Shown here one piece after another: positions 25,721 to 39,075 of a DNA stretch of 64,000 bases. Source of the stretch: Vicugna vicugna (lineage: Eukaryota); contig MU059377.1 of the NCBI GenBank assembly GCA_013265495.1, positions 17,703,733-17,767,732 on the forward strand. Reading direction: 5' to 3'. Made by a program: the position numbers and the translations under genes. The notes beneath the pieces are model-generated. The model was not told where the DNA came from. It searched no databases and saw only the letters and a program-made list of their open reading frames with translations. Position 1 is the stretch's first letter. Each line of letters begins with the position of its first letter.

Positions 25721-26318
25721 GAAGAACAAATCTGACTCCATATTGGATCTGTTCCTTTAGCTTTGACCACTGTGCCCTGTTTTCTAGGCTTAGTCTTGCT
25801 AGCTCTGCACATTTTGTAAAACAATGTTGATTTCAGCCTGAAATATACAGGAAAGCATATTCTCGGGGCTCTGACCTTTAAGGATGTTAGCACTTCTGCA
25901 CTTATGTTGCAAAATAGAGAATAACCTTTGTTTTGTTGGAGGTTTACAGGGACACTATGGCCTGACCCACATGGATGGCTGAAAGAACAAAGAATTCCTG
26001 AAGCAAGAAGTTTGCAACAACCAACCACACCCCCGCCCCTATTTTTTTTTTTTTTTAATAAAAGGAGCCTGTATTCTGACTGGAGGAGGATAGTTCTCCA
26101 AGACATTAGTCTGCCATCCTCTCGGTCTGCTGGCTTTCTGAATGAAGTCGCTATTTCTTGCCCCAACACCTCGTCTCCTGACTTACTGGCTTGTTGTGCG
26201 GTGAGCAGAACAAGTTTGGACTCGGTACCAGCACTGTATCATATACTTGCAATTTACTAGAAGATTAGCTGTCTAGTATTTTCATTACACACACAATAAT
26301 ATGGTACCAATGTGAGGT

Positions 26319-26453
26319 NNNNNNNNNNNNNNNNNNNNNNNNNNNNNNNNNNNNNNNNNNNNNNNNNNNNNNNNNNNNNNNNNNNNNNNNNNNNNNNNNN
26401 NNNNNNNNNNNNNNNNNNNNNNNNNNNNNNNNNNNNNNNNNNNNNNNNNNNNN
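26319..26453. other. Assembly gap (135 N)
   Basis: Run of N characters. Confidence 1.
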
Positions 26454-27429
26454 GAAAGAGATATTTTTCCAGTGCTTCTAGCCATGCCCGTCTCAGAGCT
26501 GATCTAATTTTACTTGAGGTGAAGATAGCTACTCTGCTTCAGTCTCAGTGATTCCCCTCCCTGATGAAATCCTATGGTGCTGACAAACTCGCTCTCCTTT
26601 GTATGTCCCTATATTTTCATTGGTCTTTCTATTAAGTGGAAGGCACCCAGAGCATCTTGATAATATCATTTTCTTAATGTCCAGTGACACCTAAACTTGG
26701 GTTTATGATATAGTAAATGGTGGCTAGTAGGCAAATTTGTATACAAATTAATATGTTAAATGGTCAGAGAGAAGTAAAAATAGGTAATTTCTTGCTGTCA
26801 AGGGTTTACAGTTTTACCCTGGGGAAATGGCAAGTGTATGACACTTCTTACACTGTGCACACTTATCTCTGGGTGCTCGCCTGACGGACAAAGGAGCAGA
26901 TTTGAGACAGAGGCTTTGCCTGGGAGAAGTAAGGAAATGTTTTACAGATATATCCTCTACGATTGGTCCCATTATTATAAAAAGAGCCATTATTTAATTT
27001 ATTAGACACTTTCTATATGCCAAGTGCACTGTTAAGTGTGTTTTATTCTCAGTGTGGGAAAGATAGCACTGTATCCTCTAGCATTAGAATGATGAGTGAT
27101 CCTAAATCTGGTGGGAAGCAGACCCAGTGAACCCAGGATTCTAATTTTACAAGTTATGCCCCGATTCTGAATCTTACTGGTTATGGCTCCATGAGGCCCG
27201 CCTCTGTTAAAGAATGAGAAAGAATTTACCAGGCAGAGAAGAGAGAGGAGGTCTCTGGGAGCTCTGGTTAAAAAGGCATCATCCATGTTACGAAAGGTCA
27301 GCAGGTAGCTGGAGCACATACAGCATCATAAAGTTGCTTTTAAGCTGGGCTTGAATGATGAACTGAACACATTCTGACTTGGTGGCCATTGTTAGCTTCT
27401 CAGTATTCTTCCCTTTCATCTTCCAAATA

Positions 27430-27880
27430 GAAACTTAAATTTCCCACCTATGATGTTTGGATGAGAAAAGCCCCCATCTAAAATTAGGGAAGTGAACCCT
27501 AATTTGACACTGTTAACAAACATATCCCTAATTCCCAGCCATAGTGGGCATCGGATGTAACTCAAGCCAGTCAGGTCAATGAGACTCAATTCGGGAAGTA
27601 ATAAAGTATGGGGAAAATAACAGTTTCCCTTTTTCACTGAATATAAATGAGGGTACATACAGCCTCTGTAAAGGATGACAGCGATTTGTGGGTTACGAGG
27701 GGAAAGCCTGCTGGAGACAGGTGTCAGTAACGAGGCAGCAGTCCTAAAACTCCAAAGAGAGAAACACATTGGTCGTGTCATTCAAATCCTTGATCAAACC
27801 TCCCCTCAAGTTCTCATCTGTCTGAGTCACTGAATTCCTTTCATTGTTTAAAGTTTAAGTTGGGTTCTCTCACAACTGAA
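27430..27880 (+). mobile_element. Old ERVL/MaLR LTR (MLT1J/K- or LTR16/33-like)
   Basis: cccagccatagtgggcatcggatgtaactcaagccagtcagg and the 3' end ttgtttaaagtttaagttgggttctctcacaactgaaa. Confidence 0.55.
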
Positions 27881-28074
27881 ATTTATCAATAAACACTTCA
27901 TAAGACTCAATGCAGCTGCACCTGCCCAGAAACAGAAGTGGAAATGCTGGTTTTCAATATAAAGAAATATGACAAACACATGCTGGAAAGCAAAGGATGG
28001 AAGCAGCTCTTTTTTTTCTCTTTCTTTTTTTTTTTGATAGATGTTGGCAAATGAAGAAACTAGTATTTATTAAT

Positions 28075-28290
28075 AACTACTGAGTGCCAGGCACTGAGTC
28101 AGTTACTGTCGTGTATGTTACCTTATGTAAACATTCCGATTCTATGAAACAGCCATATCATACCTATTTTATGGGTGAGTCTCTGAGAGCTTAGAGAAGT
28201 TGACCAAGGTCATGCAGCTAAAAAATGATGGGGCCATGAGTAAAAGTCGTATTTTTTCTACCTAGGAATCCCACGTGTGCATTGAGATGT
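28075..28290 (-). mobile_element. MIR SINE
   Basis: actactgagtgccaggcactgagtc...cctattttatgggtgag...gagcttagagaagttgaccaaggtcatgcagct. Confidence 0.7.
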
Positions 28291-29264
28291 AATAAAAATC
28301 TTCAATATGGAACTGTCAGCTAGAGGAGCATGGAGTGTAACTAGTCCAGTGTAAACTGTGAGGCAAAAGAGCATAATTAGTCTGTAGGAGACTCAAACCT
28401 CTCCCTCTCTCTCTCTCAGAGTATCTTAGAAAAGCCATCCCAATTAAGAAGTTAGAGATGGGTTGATACAGAAATAGCCAGAGATCACTGACAAAAGAGA
28501 CAAGTGTCCCTGGGGATCTGAAGGTGTGTGGCTTTGTTACTGAACTAATAGTTGCATTTGGGCACCTTTTTTATTTCCAGGCTCATTTCCTGGGATTATC
28601 ATCTGCCCCAGTGAAGCATTTCCCCCAGATGATTCAGGGACATTTCTGACTCCTTCGGCAAGACTTGGTAGAGAACTGATTATTTCAATGAAAATAACGT
28701 CTTCTTTTTAAGAAATCAATGTCCAGGAACTTAAAGCATTGAAATTTATGATCTGTAAGACTTAAAGTCATAAGTCCCAGAAATACGTTCTAGTTAGCAT
28801 TAATACTAGCTAATACTAAGTAAAATTGCTAAAGTAATCTGCTAAACACACTCGTGCAGATAAGGCCCAGCTATTTTGCTCCTCTTCTTAAGGATGGTGG
28901 GTTTGGTTTTGGGGGTTTGTTTTGTTTTGGCTTTTGTCTTTTGACAAGGAGCAAAGGCATTACCCAAGGATCTCAAACAACTTCCTGCACAGCCTAGAAG
29001 GAAACATAAATGAGTGGAACAGATGAGGTGGAGAGGCCACCTAGAGAAAAGCCAGTCTGAAGGGAAGACCTAGGTGAATAGGACCGCTTGGGACCCAAGT
29101 CTATTATTTCAAGAGCTTGTGATCTTTTAAGAGAATCCAGAAAACTATAATTTTAGATAAACACTCCTAATATTGAAATGCCATCAACTCATCCATTCAT
29201 CTGTAGACTCTTCTGATCACCAGATTTCTGCCTCTAATTTTACCCCCAATATGGAACTTTAACA

Positions 29265-29303
29265 TGTTTGTTTGTTTGTTTGTTTTGTTTTGTTTTGTTT
29301 TTA
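29265..29303 (+). repeat. (TTTG)n/(TTTTG)n simple repeat
   Basis: Direct reading of the sequence. Confidence 0.9.
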
Positions 29304-30099
29304 TCATAAGCCACCAGCTTTGTGTCACCTGCCCCACAATAAATCTGGCCATCCTGCAAGTCTTTTTTAAATCATGGCCAAGTGAGGGAAATAAAAAATG
29401 GCAAAGCCACCTTTCCTGAATTGACAGAAAAGCCACAAGCTGTAAAGGGAGCTTTGAAGCCCAAAGGCCCTGGGCACCGATAGTGACAGGTAATAAAGCC
29501 ATAATTGCAACAGTGCCTATAATGTCAAGTTAGGTGTAAGAAGGGTCTTAAGATTGACATGCAGTGATTGGTGTCACACTTGAAAGCAGATTTTTGAAGC
29601 TGAATAGAATAAACAAGCTTTTTAATGACCCAACAAATGCTTTCAAAATATAGACTCTGTCAAGGGTTGTTTTTAACCTAGAACCAGCTATTTTTAATGT
29701 GTCAGGGAAGATTACCCTATTGATCATGGAAATAGAAGCCATTTCATGAAATTTTCTTGGCCCTGATCACTATCAAATAATTGCAGGAAATTACTTCCCA
29801 TTGGTGTTTGAAAGGCTTTTGGGGAGTCTATCTGCCCATTTAAACTAGTTTTGTGTGTCACTGGATCCTTGTGAGGTAATGGATGTATTTTAATTACATT
29901 CAAATTGCCAGGCTTTGTGTGCAAGGTGCACATTTTTGCACTGAAAGGAAAAGCAATCAGCATTTTTTAATAAGGAAAATCTTTAGCTCTGACTTTGCTA
30001 TCATCGCGTATCTTATCTTGGTTTGGGGGACGATGTGGTTGACACTTAAAATACGTAGTGTGCCGAGCAGAGGGTAAATATACTTCTATTTCTTCACAG

Positions 30100-30132
30100 A
30101 GATAGGCTTTTTGATGGAAGAAAATTTGTGAA
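30100..30132 (+). other. Candidate 33-nt symmetric exon (xDRLFDGRKFVx)
   Basis: Acceptor tatacttctatttcttcacag and donor GAA|gtgaga. Open in phase 2-2 and set in repeat-free DNA. Protein not recognised. Confidence 0.2.
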
Positions 30133-31369
30133 GTGAGAATGATGAGATTAAATTTTAACAGCAATCATGACAGCTGACATGACATGAGCACTTTTATATC
30201 TCGGCCGAATCCAGAAGAGATGCCACGCAGCCTAGATTTCTTCAAGGAAAGGAAAACTCTGTAAGAAAGTGTGAGTTAAGAGGCCAGCCTCCTGAAGCCT
30301 GTAAGCATTAGAGCCTGGAGACAGACAGGTTCCTACAGGATCACAGGCCAGTGCTCTTACCATGGGCTCCCTGGCCTATGCAAAAAGTGGATGGAAAGTC
30401 TTGAAAAATCAAGAGTCCTTTAGGAAAAAAAAAATGGATGAAGGAAAGTCAAGGGCTTCAGTTTCCTCTGATTGGTGAGAAAGGAAACATTTCTCTATTT
30501 GTCAAAGAGCTGGTAGGTGGTAGAAATCTTCCTGTGTGGCTTCCATATGTAAATGTGTGGATACTGTTTAAGCACTCAAGAGATATTTATAAAACTGCAA
30601 GGGAAAAGGGAGAACACAATAGGTTTGTATATCCTGGCACATCATACAAAGCATTGTCTTTGCACAATCTTTCTAAGCATTTCCAACAACAAATTCATCT
30701 TTTCACTCCAACCTCCCTATGTTGAAAGAAGAAATAATACAGTCTAGAAAAAAATGCTATAGCTATAGCCAGTGGACTGGATTTAGGAACCCCATACTAA
30801 CCAGGGAAAAAAGTGGGATAGGTAGAATCCGGGGACCACTCCAGCTATAAGGCAACACGGAACAGAGTGGCTTGCAGATTATCTGAACACTCAGGGAAAC
30901 ATCCTGAGCCAACGTGAACTGTATTCCTTGATGATAGTGCTGAATTCTAAGCTTCACTGGTTACTGCAATAAAGCTGGTAAACACACCAGCCCTACCACC
31001 ACTAGCTCAGGACCTTGGTGAAGATTGAATCACAGTAGGGTGGGAGTTTCAAGGATTTTTGCTACCAAGACTGAGTAAAACAGGTATCAACAGATTCATG
31101 GTAATATCTGTAGACTTAGCATCGTGGATTAGGAGTCTCTTTGAAGTATTTCGTCTAGCTTTTGCCACCATGTACATTTCTCTGCCAGCCAGGACTAATG
31201 AAATTTTTTACCTAAACACAGATGCAGAATGTAACATGTCTTTATTCCCCACCCCACCACCTCAATCCCCACCAAGTTTAAAGAGAGGAAAAAACAGAAA
31301 AGTAGGTTTTTCTTCTTTTCTAATATAAGCACTTAACTCTATACGTTTCCTATAAATGCTGATTTAAGT

Positions 31370-32300
31370 GCACCTTGCACGTTTGTGATCTATTTTATTA
31401 TCATTCAGTTTCAAATTTTTTATAAATTCCCTTGTTTTTCTTTTCTTTGATCCATGAGTTATTTAGTAGTGTGATGCTCAGTATTCAAATACTGGGGGCT
31501 TTTCAACATACCTTATTATTGCTGACTTCTGATTTAATTCTCTTACTGTCAGAGATTGTATTCTGTAGGAATTCAATCACTTATATTTTATCACTAATTT
31601 TACAGTCCATTTTTGATGAACAGACCATGTCTACTTGGAAATATTTTATCCTACTTTTGTTGTATGTACTGATACGTAAGTTCAATTAGAGAATGGCAAG
31701 GTAGATTGCAATGTTTTCAACAAGTCTTTTATATCTTTATTAATCTTTTTGTCTAGTTTTCTTCCAAATACTCATGCAGGTTGTTAAGATCTCCAACTTT
31801 TGTCTTTTTGTGGATTTTGTCTTTTTTCTCCCATTAGTTCTGCCAATTTCTGTTTCATACATTTTAAAGCTTTGTTATTGGATGCATGTGCATTTGTGAT
31901 CTTTAAGCCTTCCTTTAGGTCTGAACTTTTTTTGTAATTACCTTTTGTCATTATCTCTTGTAATAGGTGTCTTGAAATCTATTTTACCTGATAAAAATAT
32001 AAGCACTATGGCTTTATCATGCTGTTTACAAGACATTTTTTAAATTGTAATTTTACTTCAAGCTATCTGTGTCTTCATATCAAAGTCCGTCTTTTGCCAT
32101 TAATATATTTCATATCTTGTTTTCTTAACCAATGTTTGCTCCATTTGCATTTGATAAAATTATTGATATTAATTGATTTAGACATTTTACTATTTTCTAT
32201 CCAAGTCACCTGTGTGTTGTTCTTCTTTTCTTTCTACCCTGCCTTTCTCTGATTATTCAATATTTTATTAGAATTCCAATTTAAATTAATCTATTGATAT
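31370..32300 (-). mobile_element. Old L1M ORF2-region fragments
   Basis: T-rich antisense L1 segments such as ttgtttttcttttctttgatccatgagttatttagtagtgtg and gttgttaagatctccaact. Confidence 0.7.
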
Positions 32301-32319
32301 TCAAGTTACTTCCTTGCTT

Positions 32320-33378
32320 TTTTTTTTTCAAATCACTGTCATCTTTCACCTAAAATCATTATGCCTTTTATTTAGTATTTGCTTCCTGGTCTCCATTCCC
32401 TATCTAATATATAAAAATGATCTTCTAAAACATATGCCATATCACTGTTATTCATTTGCTCAAAAATCTCTAGTGGTCTTCTATCACAGAAAGAAATCCG
32501 AATGTCTTCCTACACACAGCATGAACTGGCTCTGCGTACCTCTTGGGGCTCATCTTTTACTGTCTCCCCATTCTTCCTGCCCCAAGTCCCCATGGCAAAC
32601 TCCAGCCTTGTTCTTGTTCCCTGAGCATGCCCAGTTTGAATAAACTATTAATAGGTATCTCCTCTTCTTCACTTGAACTATTTTGCTTTTTGACCTTAAT
32701 TCACCCAACATGCTTATAGGTATGAGCAATCATCTGCAGAGAGCTTGAGATCTTTTTAATAAGAACAAATGTGAAAATAAAATAATAAATGCTGGTAAAA
32801 AACCTGTAATGAAAAAGAATATGAAAATGAATCTATCTACATATATATATGCCTGAAACATTATGCTGTACACCAGAAATTGATACAACATTGTAAACTG
32901 ATTATACTTGAGTGAAAACATTTAAAAAGTTTTAAAAATGCTGAAGAACAAGTGTGAAAATGAATAGCATTAGAGCCATACTGCTCAGGGTGGCACTGGG
33001 ATATTTATACTGTCTGTTAATTCTATCCAGACTACATTCCTTTATGCAGATTTTCATATACATAGTTTCTTCTTGACTCTCTGATCTCAAATTCTAAGTT
33101 ACTTGCTCAGAAGAGACTTTCCTAAACACCTAATTGTAAGTAGCCTAAGAACACTAATTAATTTATTTCAAGTCACTGGTTTTTATTCTTCATATTAAAT
33201 ACCATCACCTGAAATTATCAAATTTATGTATTTAACATGTTTATTGTGTTTTATTGAACTGAATGTAAGTTCTGTGAAAGCAGGGACACTGCTTTTCTCT
33301 TCCCTTATGTCCTTAGTTCTGAGCATAATACCTGGCACAGGGCTCACACTCAATACATACTTAGTGAATAAAGGAATA
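32320..33378 (+). mobile_element. L2a LINE 3' region, split by a non-L2 insertion at about 32641-33000
   Basis: The upstream half ends ...ctccagccttgttcttgttccctgagcatgcc. The downstream half resumes near 33001 and ends in the L2 terminus cctggcacagggctcacactcaatacatacttagtgaataaaggaat. Confidence 0.75.
32782..32943 (+). mobile_element. Camelid L1 3' tail, 5'-truncated, with 21-bp target-site duplication
   Basis: cctgtaatgaaaaagaatatgaaaatgaat...cattatgctgtacaccagaaattgatacaacattgtaaactgattatac. Flanked by aagaacaaatgtgaaaataaa (32761-32781) and aagaacaagtgtgaaaatgaa (32944-32964). Confidence 0.85.
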
Positions 33379-34789
33379 AGTGTGTAAATCATAGGCAATG
33401 GTTGGAACTGGACAGGAGCATGAGATGAACAGAGGTCTTCTGCAAGAGCAAGGGTCCTAACTCCTATATGCTAGATTCACTTTTAAGGTATGGGTACTTA
33501 AGAATACTAATACGTCAAGTCATTACACATAATCAGGCCTCGCATCAGTCCCACTGTGCAGACAGGCATTGGAATGCATTAGACTAAGGCATCTGCTTCC
33601 TGGTAGGCAGGTTTAGTGCCTTCCCCAGAAGTTTCTCTCCTTAAAGTAATTGACCTGTTAGCACTTTGCCTGCATGGCTGCATTTAGGTGACAGTTTAGC
33701 TAAGAAATTGACTGCAATACTCTAAACTGCAAGACTCCTGCTTTACTGTATCAGAAAACAAAAGATTTAAATTCAGAAAAGCAAGGACGTGCAAAGGTTG
33801 AATATCTGTAACAAATGGACATGACTTTTAAAAGCAGGCAAAGAAAAATGATTATGTGGTGCTAAACTGGATGTTCAAAATCCCAATGCAATATACTCTC
33901 TCCTGTTGGGGTCTTCATCAGCTTGCAAAACTACATCTTGAACAGACTTACACTTTCTTTTGACTATATGCTTTTTTTTTGGTTTGTCTGTGCCCAGGAG
34001 ACCTTTAGTGCAAACTGTCCATCTGCCTTTGTTTTCCGAAATTTTAATACCATTCACCTTGGATCCCTTCTGATTGTATTTATGCCAGGGTGAAGATTAT
34101 TTATAAGCCCAGTGCTTATGTGAACGGTTCTGCAGTGAGTCTCTATGCTCTCTAACAAGAGGAATACTTTGCCTGCATTCAACTCAAGAGCTGAGTTTTC
34201 CTGTTGCAAACAGACATCAAAATTTGCAGAACCATCGAAATTTATGTGGCAAGAGAGAGTCAGTGGGAGTTTATAAATGACATGTGTACCACTGAAAGCT
34301 GGCCTTATCTGAAATGCATGCCAATCAACTGGGCAAACTGGAAAAGCAGGACCACTATTTAGAGTCAGGTCAACATCTATGCAGTGATTGTTTATTTTAT
34401 AACCAGAGTTCATTTCTATATCTACGCATGGACTATCTATAATATATGATTAGAGAGGGGGTACAAACAGAACATGCGTTGTCTCTTTATTACTCATAAT
34501 ATTATCAACAAAGAAAATGTTTGGAATGCCTCCTGCTCTCAAGAAGGCTATTGTCTCCTTGTGGAGATAAAAAGACATGTGCCTACAGAAGAATGAAGAA
34601 AGGGAAACAGTACTTAAGTAACAACATATGAACGCTGGACAATACATGTAAACTCTGAATGGGTACCTCTTTTTGACCCTAACTCATCCAACATATTTAT
34701 AGATATTATCAATGATCTGCAGAGAGCTGGAGATCTTTTTAATGACACTGTGAAAATGAATAGCTCTGATGCCATATTGTTCAGATTGG

Positions 34790-35150
34790 CATTCTGGCTC
34801 CACTACATGTTAGCTGGATAACTACATATGTTCTCTACTTAAGAGAACACTGTATCATTTATAAGAAGATGATGGTAATACTACTGTACTTATGCCATAA
34901 GGTTCTGAAATAAAAGGATTTACAGAGATTTAAAATAATACCCAATAACTTCATAGTTATTGTTAGCTATTCTTATCATTACTGTTTTTATATTCCAGCT
35001 ATGTCATCTTCCATCAGAATCAGGTTTTGCATCACTATCCATTTTTGGAGACAAAGACACAAAAGCAAGGAGTAATTCAATCATTTGCCCAAGGTCGCAC
35101 AGTTAGGAAGTGACACAGGCACAATTTAAACCCAGGACAGTCTGACGTGG
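34790..35150. mobile_element. MIR fragments (opposite orientations)
   Basis: ctggctccactacatgttagctgg... on the plus strand, and catttgcccaaggtcgcacagttaggaagtgacacaggcacaatttaaacccagg in reverse orientation. Confidence 0.6.
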
Positions 35151-36385
35151 AAAATGTCTGTAAAGCAGCTCTTTTGTTACAATAACAAATGCATCAAATC
35201 TGTTTAATCCTGTGATATTTTGACAGTGATGGTTCCTGACAGTGGCCTGATTCCCTTGATGAGAGGAAAAGAAGGTGTGTAGCACTAAATATCATCGCTA
35301 GAATCCTTCTCTGATTTTAAAGAGCATGTTGTTATCTTTTATATTTTGTTTTATTTTGTATTTTTGTCACTGGATAAGCTACTCTTTTATTTCCAGATCA
35401 ACTACAATTATGTTATGTGGTTCACAAATTGCCCTTAGTGTGGCTTTTCTTCCTCTGCCCAGTCTACAAACAATGGAGAGAGTGGTAAACAACTCTCTGT
35501 ATCAAACAAAGCAATGACGAGTGACTGATCTAACAAATAGAAGGAGGACAAACATCTCTCTCCTCCTAGGCACATTTCCAGACAGGTAAGCACAGCTGTG
35601 GCTCTAGTTCTATAATTATATTCTCTATTTTAAAAGCACTGTGAATAGTCACACTTGCTGTAACAACAAACATACCTATGCCACTCTTCTCAGAAATGCA
35701 TTTGGTTTTAATTTTTAATGGTTGTACTTTTCACAGCTCTCTCAACAGGCACTCAATTAGTATAATGGAAAGTTAAGAACACCTTTTAATCTTTCTTTTC
35801 TCTGACTATGCACTGGTCATTGGAGCCATCTCTCTTGTTTGTTATTATTCTGACATATATTACACTTAATATGGGAGCACTCCTCCTCCATAAGTTGTCC
35901 AAACTTCCAAAAAGTCACACATATTTGCACTGAACCTGCTATTTGTGCTGAATTGTTCTTTCAAAGGCTGGGAAGGATTCTTTGGTAGACAACTATGTCA
36001 GTTAAAATTATAAGCTGTCCTTCTCTTTCTTGGTATCTGACATCTTTGTACAGTTATTAAAATTATGATGGTCCGTTGGTTAGTCTATGCAGCAAGTGCC
36101 CCCACTCACTACAAGATGTTTCTTTCACAACCCTTTCAGGGCAGGCTGTACAACAAAACACTAGTTTTCAAGACTTAGAGTTGTCACACAGAGCCCATCT
36201 GCATACAAAAGATAAACTGTCTTGCTGGTAAGCAAAGATTATGTCCTTATAAAGACTGAAAATGCCTCTATTTCCCTCTTCACTGGCATCTCTCTGGTAC
36301 CAAACAGTGCTCAAGAATGAGCTGAGTATCAAATAGCCCTGAAAATGCATTTTCGCTTTTTCCTAAAAAGAATCTACATTTTGAA

Positions 36386-38478
36386 GGGAGACCAGGATGG
36401 TGGAGTAGGAGGATGCAAAACCCACCTCTCCGCACAAACACATCAAAAATACATCTCTATGTGGAGAAGTTCTTATTGAAAACTAACTGGCAGAAGGACT
36501 CTTGTAGAGCCAAGGCTGTAATAAAGATGCACAAAGGATCAGGTAGGAAGGAAGAGAAGCAGTCAGGTCAGGATCTGTGCCCCTGGGAGGGGACTCAGAA
36601 GAAGAGCCACAACAGTGGAGGTCCTCCCTGGGGAGTGAGAGGTTTCAGCCATATGTTGGGTGTCCCAGCCCCAGGGTCCGACAGCAGGGAGACAAGTCCT
36701 CTTGTCTGGAGGAGGGCAGGTGGGACAAAAAGGAGGGATGTGAGAAACACAGACTGCTCCTCAACAGCACACACACACTTGGTTACTCCTCAAACAGGAT
36801 GGAGAGGGCCGACTGAAACTGCATGGGACACTGGCCAGCTGTCTGCAACTACCCCAGTGCACGCCTGAGCTGAGCGCCTGCAGTGGCCCTGCTTGCTTCA
36901 CGAAGCAGCCCCACACTGGGGTGAGAGCTCTGGTGACCGAGGGGAGAGCCTAGTTGTGAAGGACAAAAGTAGCTCAGACCCGGGGCGGCACCCACGTGGG
37001 GTGAGGCGGCCATTGCTAGTGCTTCTGAAGGCAGCACATCAGAAGTCTGGCAATCTGACTGTCACCAGGGCCACCACAGCCACTGCCCAGACCCATGCCG
37101 AAGGCCTGGACCAGCCCTCTTGCCCCAACATCTCTCCCACTCTGGGGCAAAGGTACTGGTGCTGAGCAGGGGAGAGCACACACTTACATGGAATGGAGCC
37201 AGCTCAGACCTGACCCTCGGGGCTTCATCTCCTGCAACCCTGAACCTGCGTCTGCACCCCCATAGGGCAGTGCCGGCCACTGAGCAGAGGAGAAGCCCCA
37301 GCTCAAACCTGTCTCTGGCCCTTCCCTTCCATCTCTTACCAAGTGACAGCTGCCGGCACACTCTGGGGGAAGACGTGACTCATACACACATCAGATCCTG
37401 ATCTCCCACCGAAGCCACTAGGCAAACACAGGTGGTCTAGGAATGTACGCAAACAAGGACAACCCTTCAAGACTGAGATAGGTAACTGACCTAATTTCAT
37501 AGACACGGAGAAAGTGATACAAAATTAGAAGACAGAGGAATTTGCGTTGAAAGAACAGGAGAAAAACCTCTGAAAAAATAAATAATAAGAGACAAATGAT
37601 TTACCAGATAAAATGTTCAAAGCTTAAGTAATAAAAATGCTTAATGAATTAGAGAAAAGAATAGGAGAACAGAGTGAGAATTTTAACAAGCACCTAGAAA
37701 ATATAAAAAAGAACCAGTCAGAATTGAAAAACACATTAAGTGAATGAAAAAAAATACTTGAAGGAATTACAAGCAGACTAGCAGAAAAATGCTTAACTGA
37801 TCTGGAAGACAAAATAAGGAAATCACCCAGTCAGAACAACATAAAGGAAAACAAATTTTAAAAACCAAAACAGCTTACGGGACCTTTTGGACAACAACAG
37901 GTGCACCAACATTTACATTACAGGGATCCTAAAAGAAGAAGAGGAGTGAGATAACAGTCAAAAGTGTATTTGATGAAATGATGGCTGAACATTTCTCAAA
38001 CATAAAGAAGGAAATAGATACCCAGGTACAGGAAGCACAGGGGGTTCCAAACAAAAAGAACCAAACAGACCCACAGTAAGACCATTATTAAAATGGCAAA
38101 AGTTAAAGAGAGAATTATCAAGGAAGCAAAAGAAAAACAGAGTCATATACAAGGGAACCCCCATTAGGCTATGAGCTTATTTCTCTGCAGAAATTCACAA
38201 GTGCTGAAAGGGGGAAAATCCACACCCTAAGATACTCTAGTCAGCAAGATCATCATTGAGAATTGAAAGAGAAATAAAGAACTTCTCAGAGAAGCAAAAT
38301 CTACAGGAGTTCATCAATACTGAACCAACGCTAAAAGAACCACAGCTAAAAGGGTCTTCTCTAAGCGGAAAATAAAAGTTGTAACAAGAAGTAACTACAG
38401 GAAAAGAAAAATTCCACTAATAAAGGCAAATATACAGTGAAGTGTAAGGATCGACCATGTAGATTAGCTAGAACAAAG
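36386..38478 (+). mobile_element. L1 LINE 5'UTR + degenerate ORF1 (3'-truncated)
   Basis: 5' end gggagaccaggatggtggagtagg...cacaaacacatcaaaaatacatct, then a GC-richer UTR to about 37520. The ORF1 remnant starts near 37524 (start codon read as ATT; RRQRN..., coiled-coil codons). ORF2 is absent. Confidence 0.9.
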
Positions 38479-38519
38479 GGTACTATCATACCATTTAAAC
38501 ATCATGATCAGAACAATTT

Positions 38520-39075
38520 ATTTGGAGCTAGCAACTCTCTCATAGCTTCCCACTGTACTTTAAATGAAGCTCAAACCCTTCCCCAGACTGCCTAGGACCT
38601 AAATGATGGCACCCTTGACTACCTCTCCTTCTTGTAAGAATCTCCTCCTCACTGTTTTCTCATTCGTCACTTTGGATGGCTTTCAATTCTTTAACATGCC
38701 ATGCTCACTGCATTTGCAGACTTTAGGTTTGATATTTTCTCTTTCTGGAATGCCCTTTTCTAGACCTTTCTGTGGTTTTCCTCTTTTTATTTAGGTCTCA
38801 GCTCAAACGCTATCTCCACAGAGAGGATTCTCTGGCCTTATTACCTAAGATAGCAGCCCATCCCCTGCTTATCCTGTAACATATCCCAGTATTACCATCT
38901 TTTCAATAGATATCACTTGCTAAAATCATCCTATTTGCCTGGCCTTCATCACTAGGATGTGCACTCCATTAAAAGATGGGGCCGAGTCTGCCATATTTAT
39001 TGGCGAATCACTAGCATCTTAAAATAGGGCAAGTCAAAGAGTACATGTTCAGTAAATCTTTGTTAAACAAAGAAT
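38520..39075 (+). mobile_element. L2a LINE 3' region
   Basis: ctctttctggaatgcccttttc...aggtctcagctcaaacgctatctcc...catgttcagtaaatctttgttaaacaaagaatg. Confidence 0.75.

Noticed and set aside
25702-26169. 155-aa and 110-aa overlapping ORFs
   Set aside because: They cross a poly(T)/poly(A) tract and the edge of an L1 fragment, so they are chance frames.
26285-26551. ORFs spanning the N run
   Set aside because: Artefacts of the assembly gap.
34054-34413. 119-aa minus-strand ORF with an overlapping 60-aa ORF
   Set aside because: No recognisable homology or coherent splice boundaries. ORFs of this length are expected occasionally in 64 kb.
36413-37401. Cluster of 60-150-aa ORFs, including antisense ORF0-like frames (also at 53280-54527)
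   Set aside because: They lie in GC-richer L1 5'UTRs, where stops are rarer, and the frames are not shared between the two related copies.
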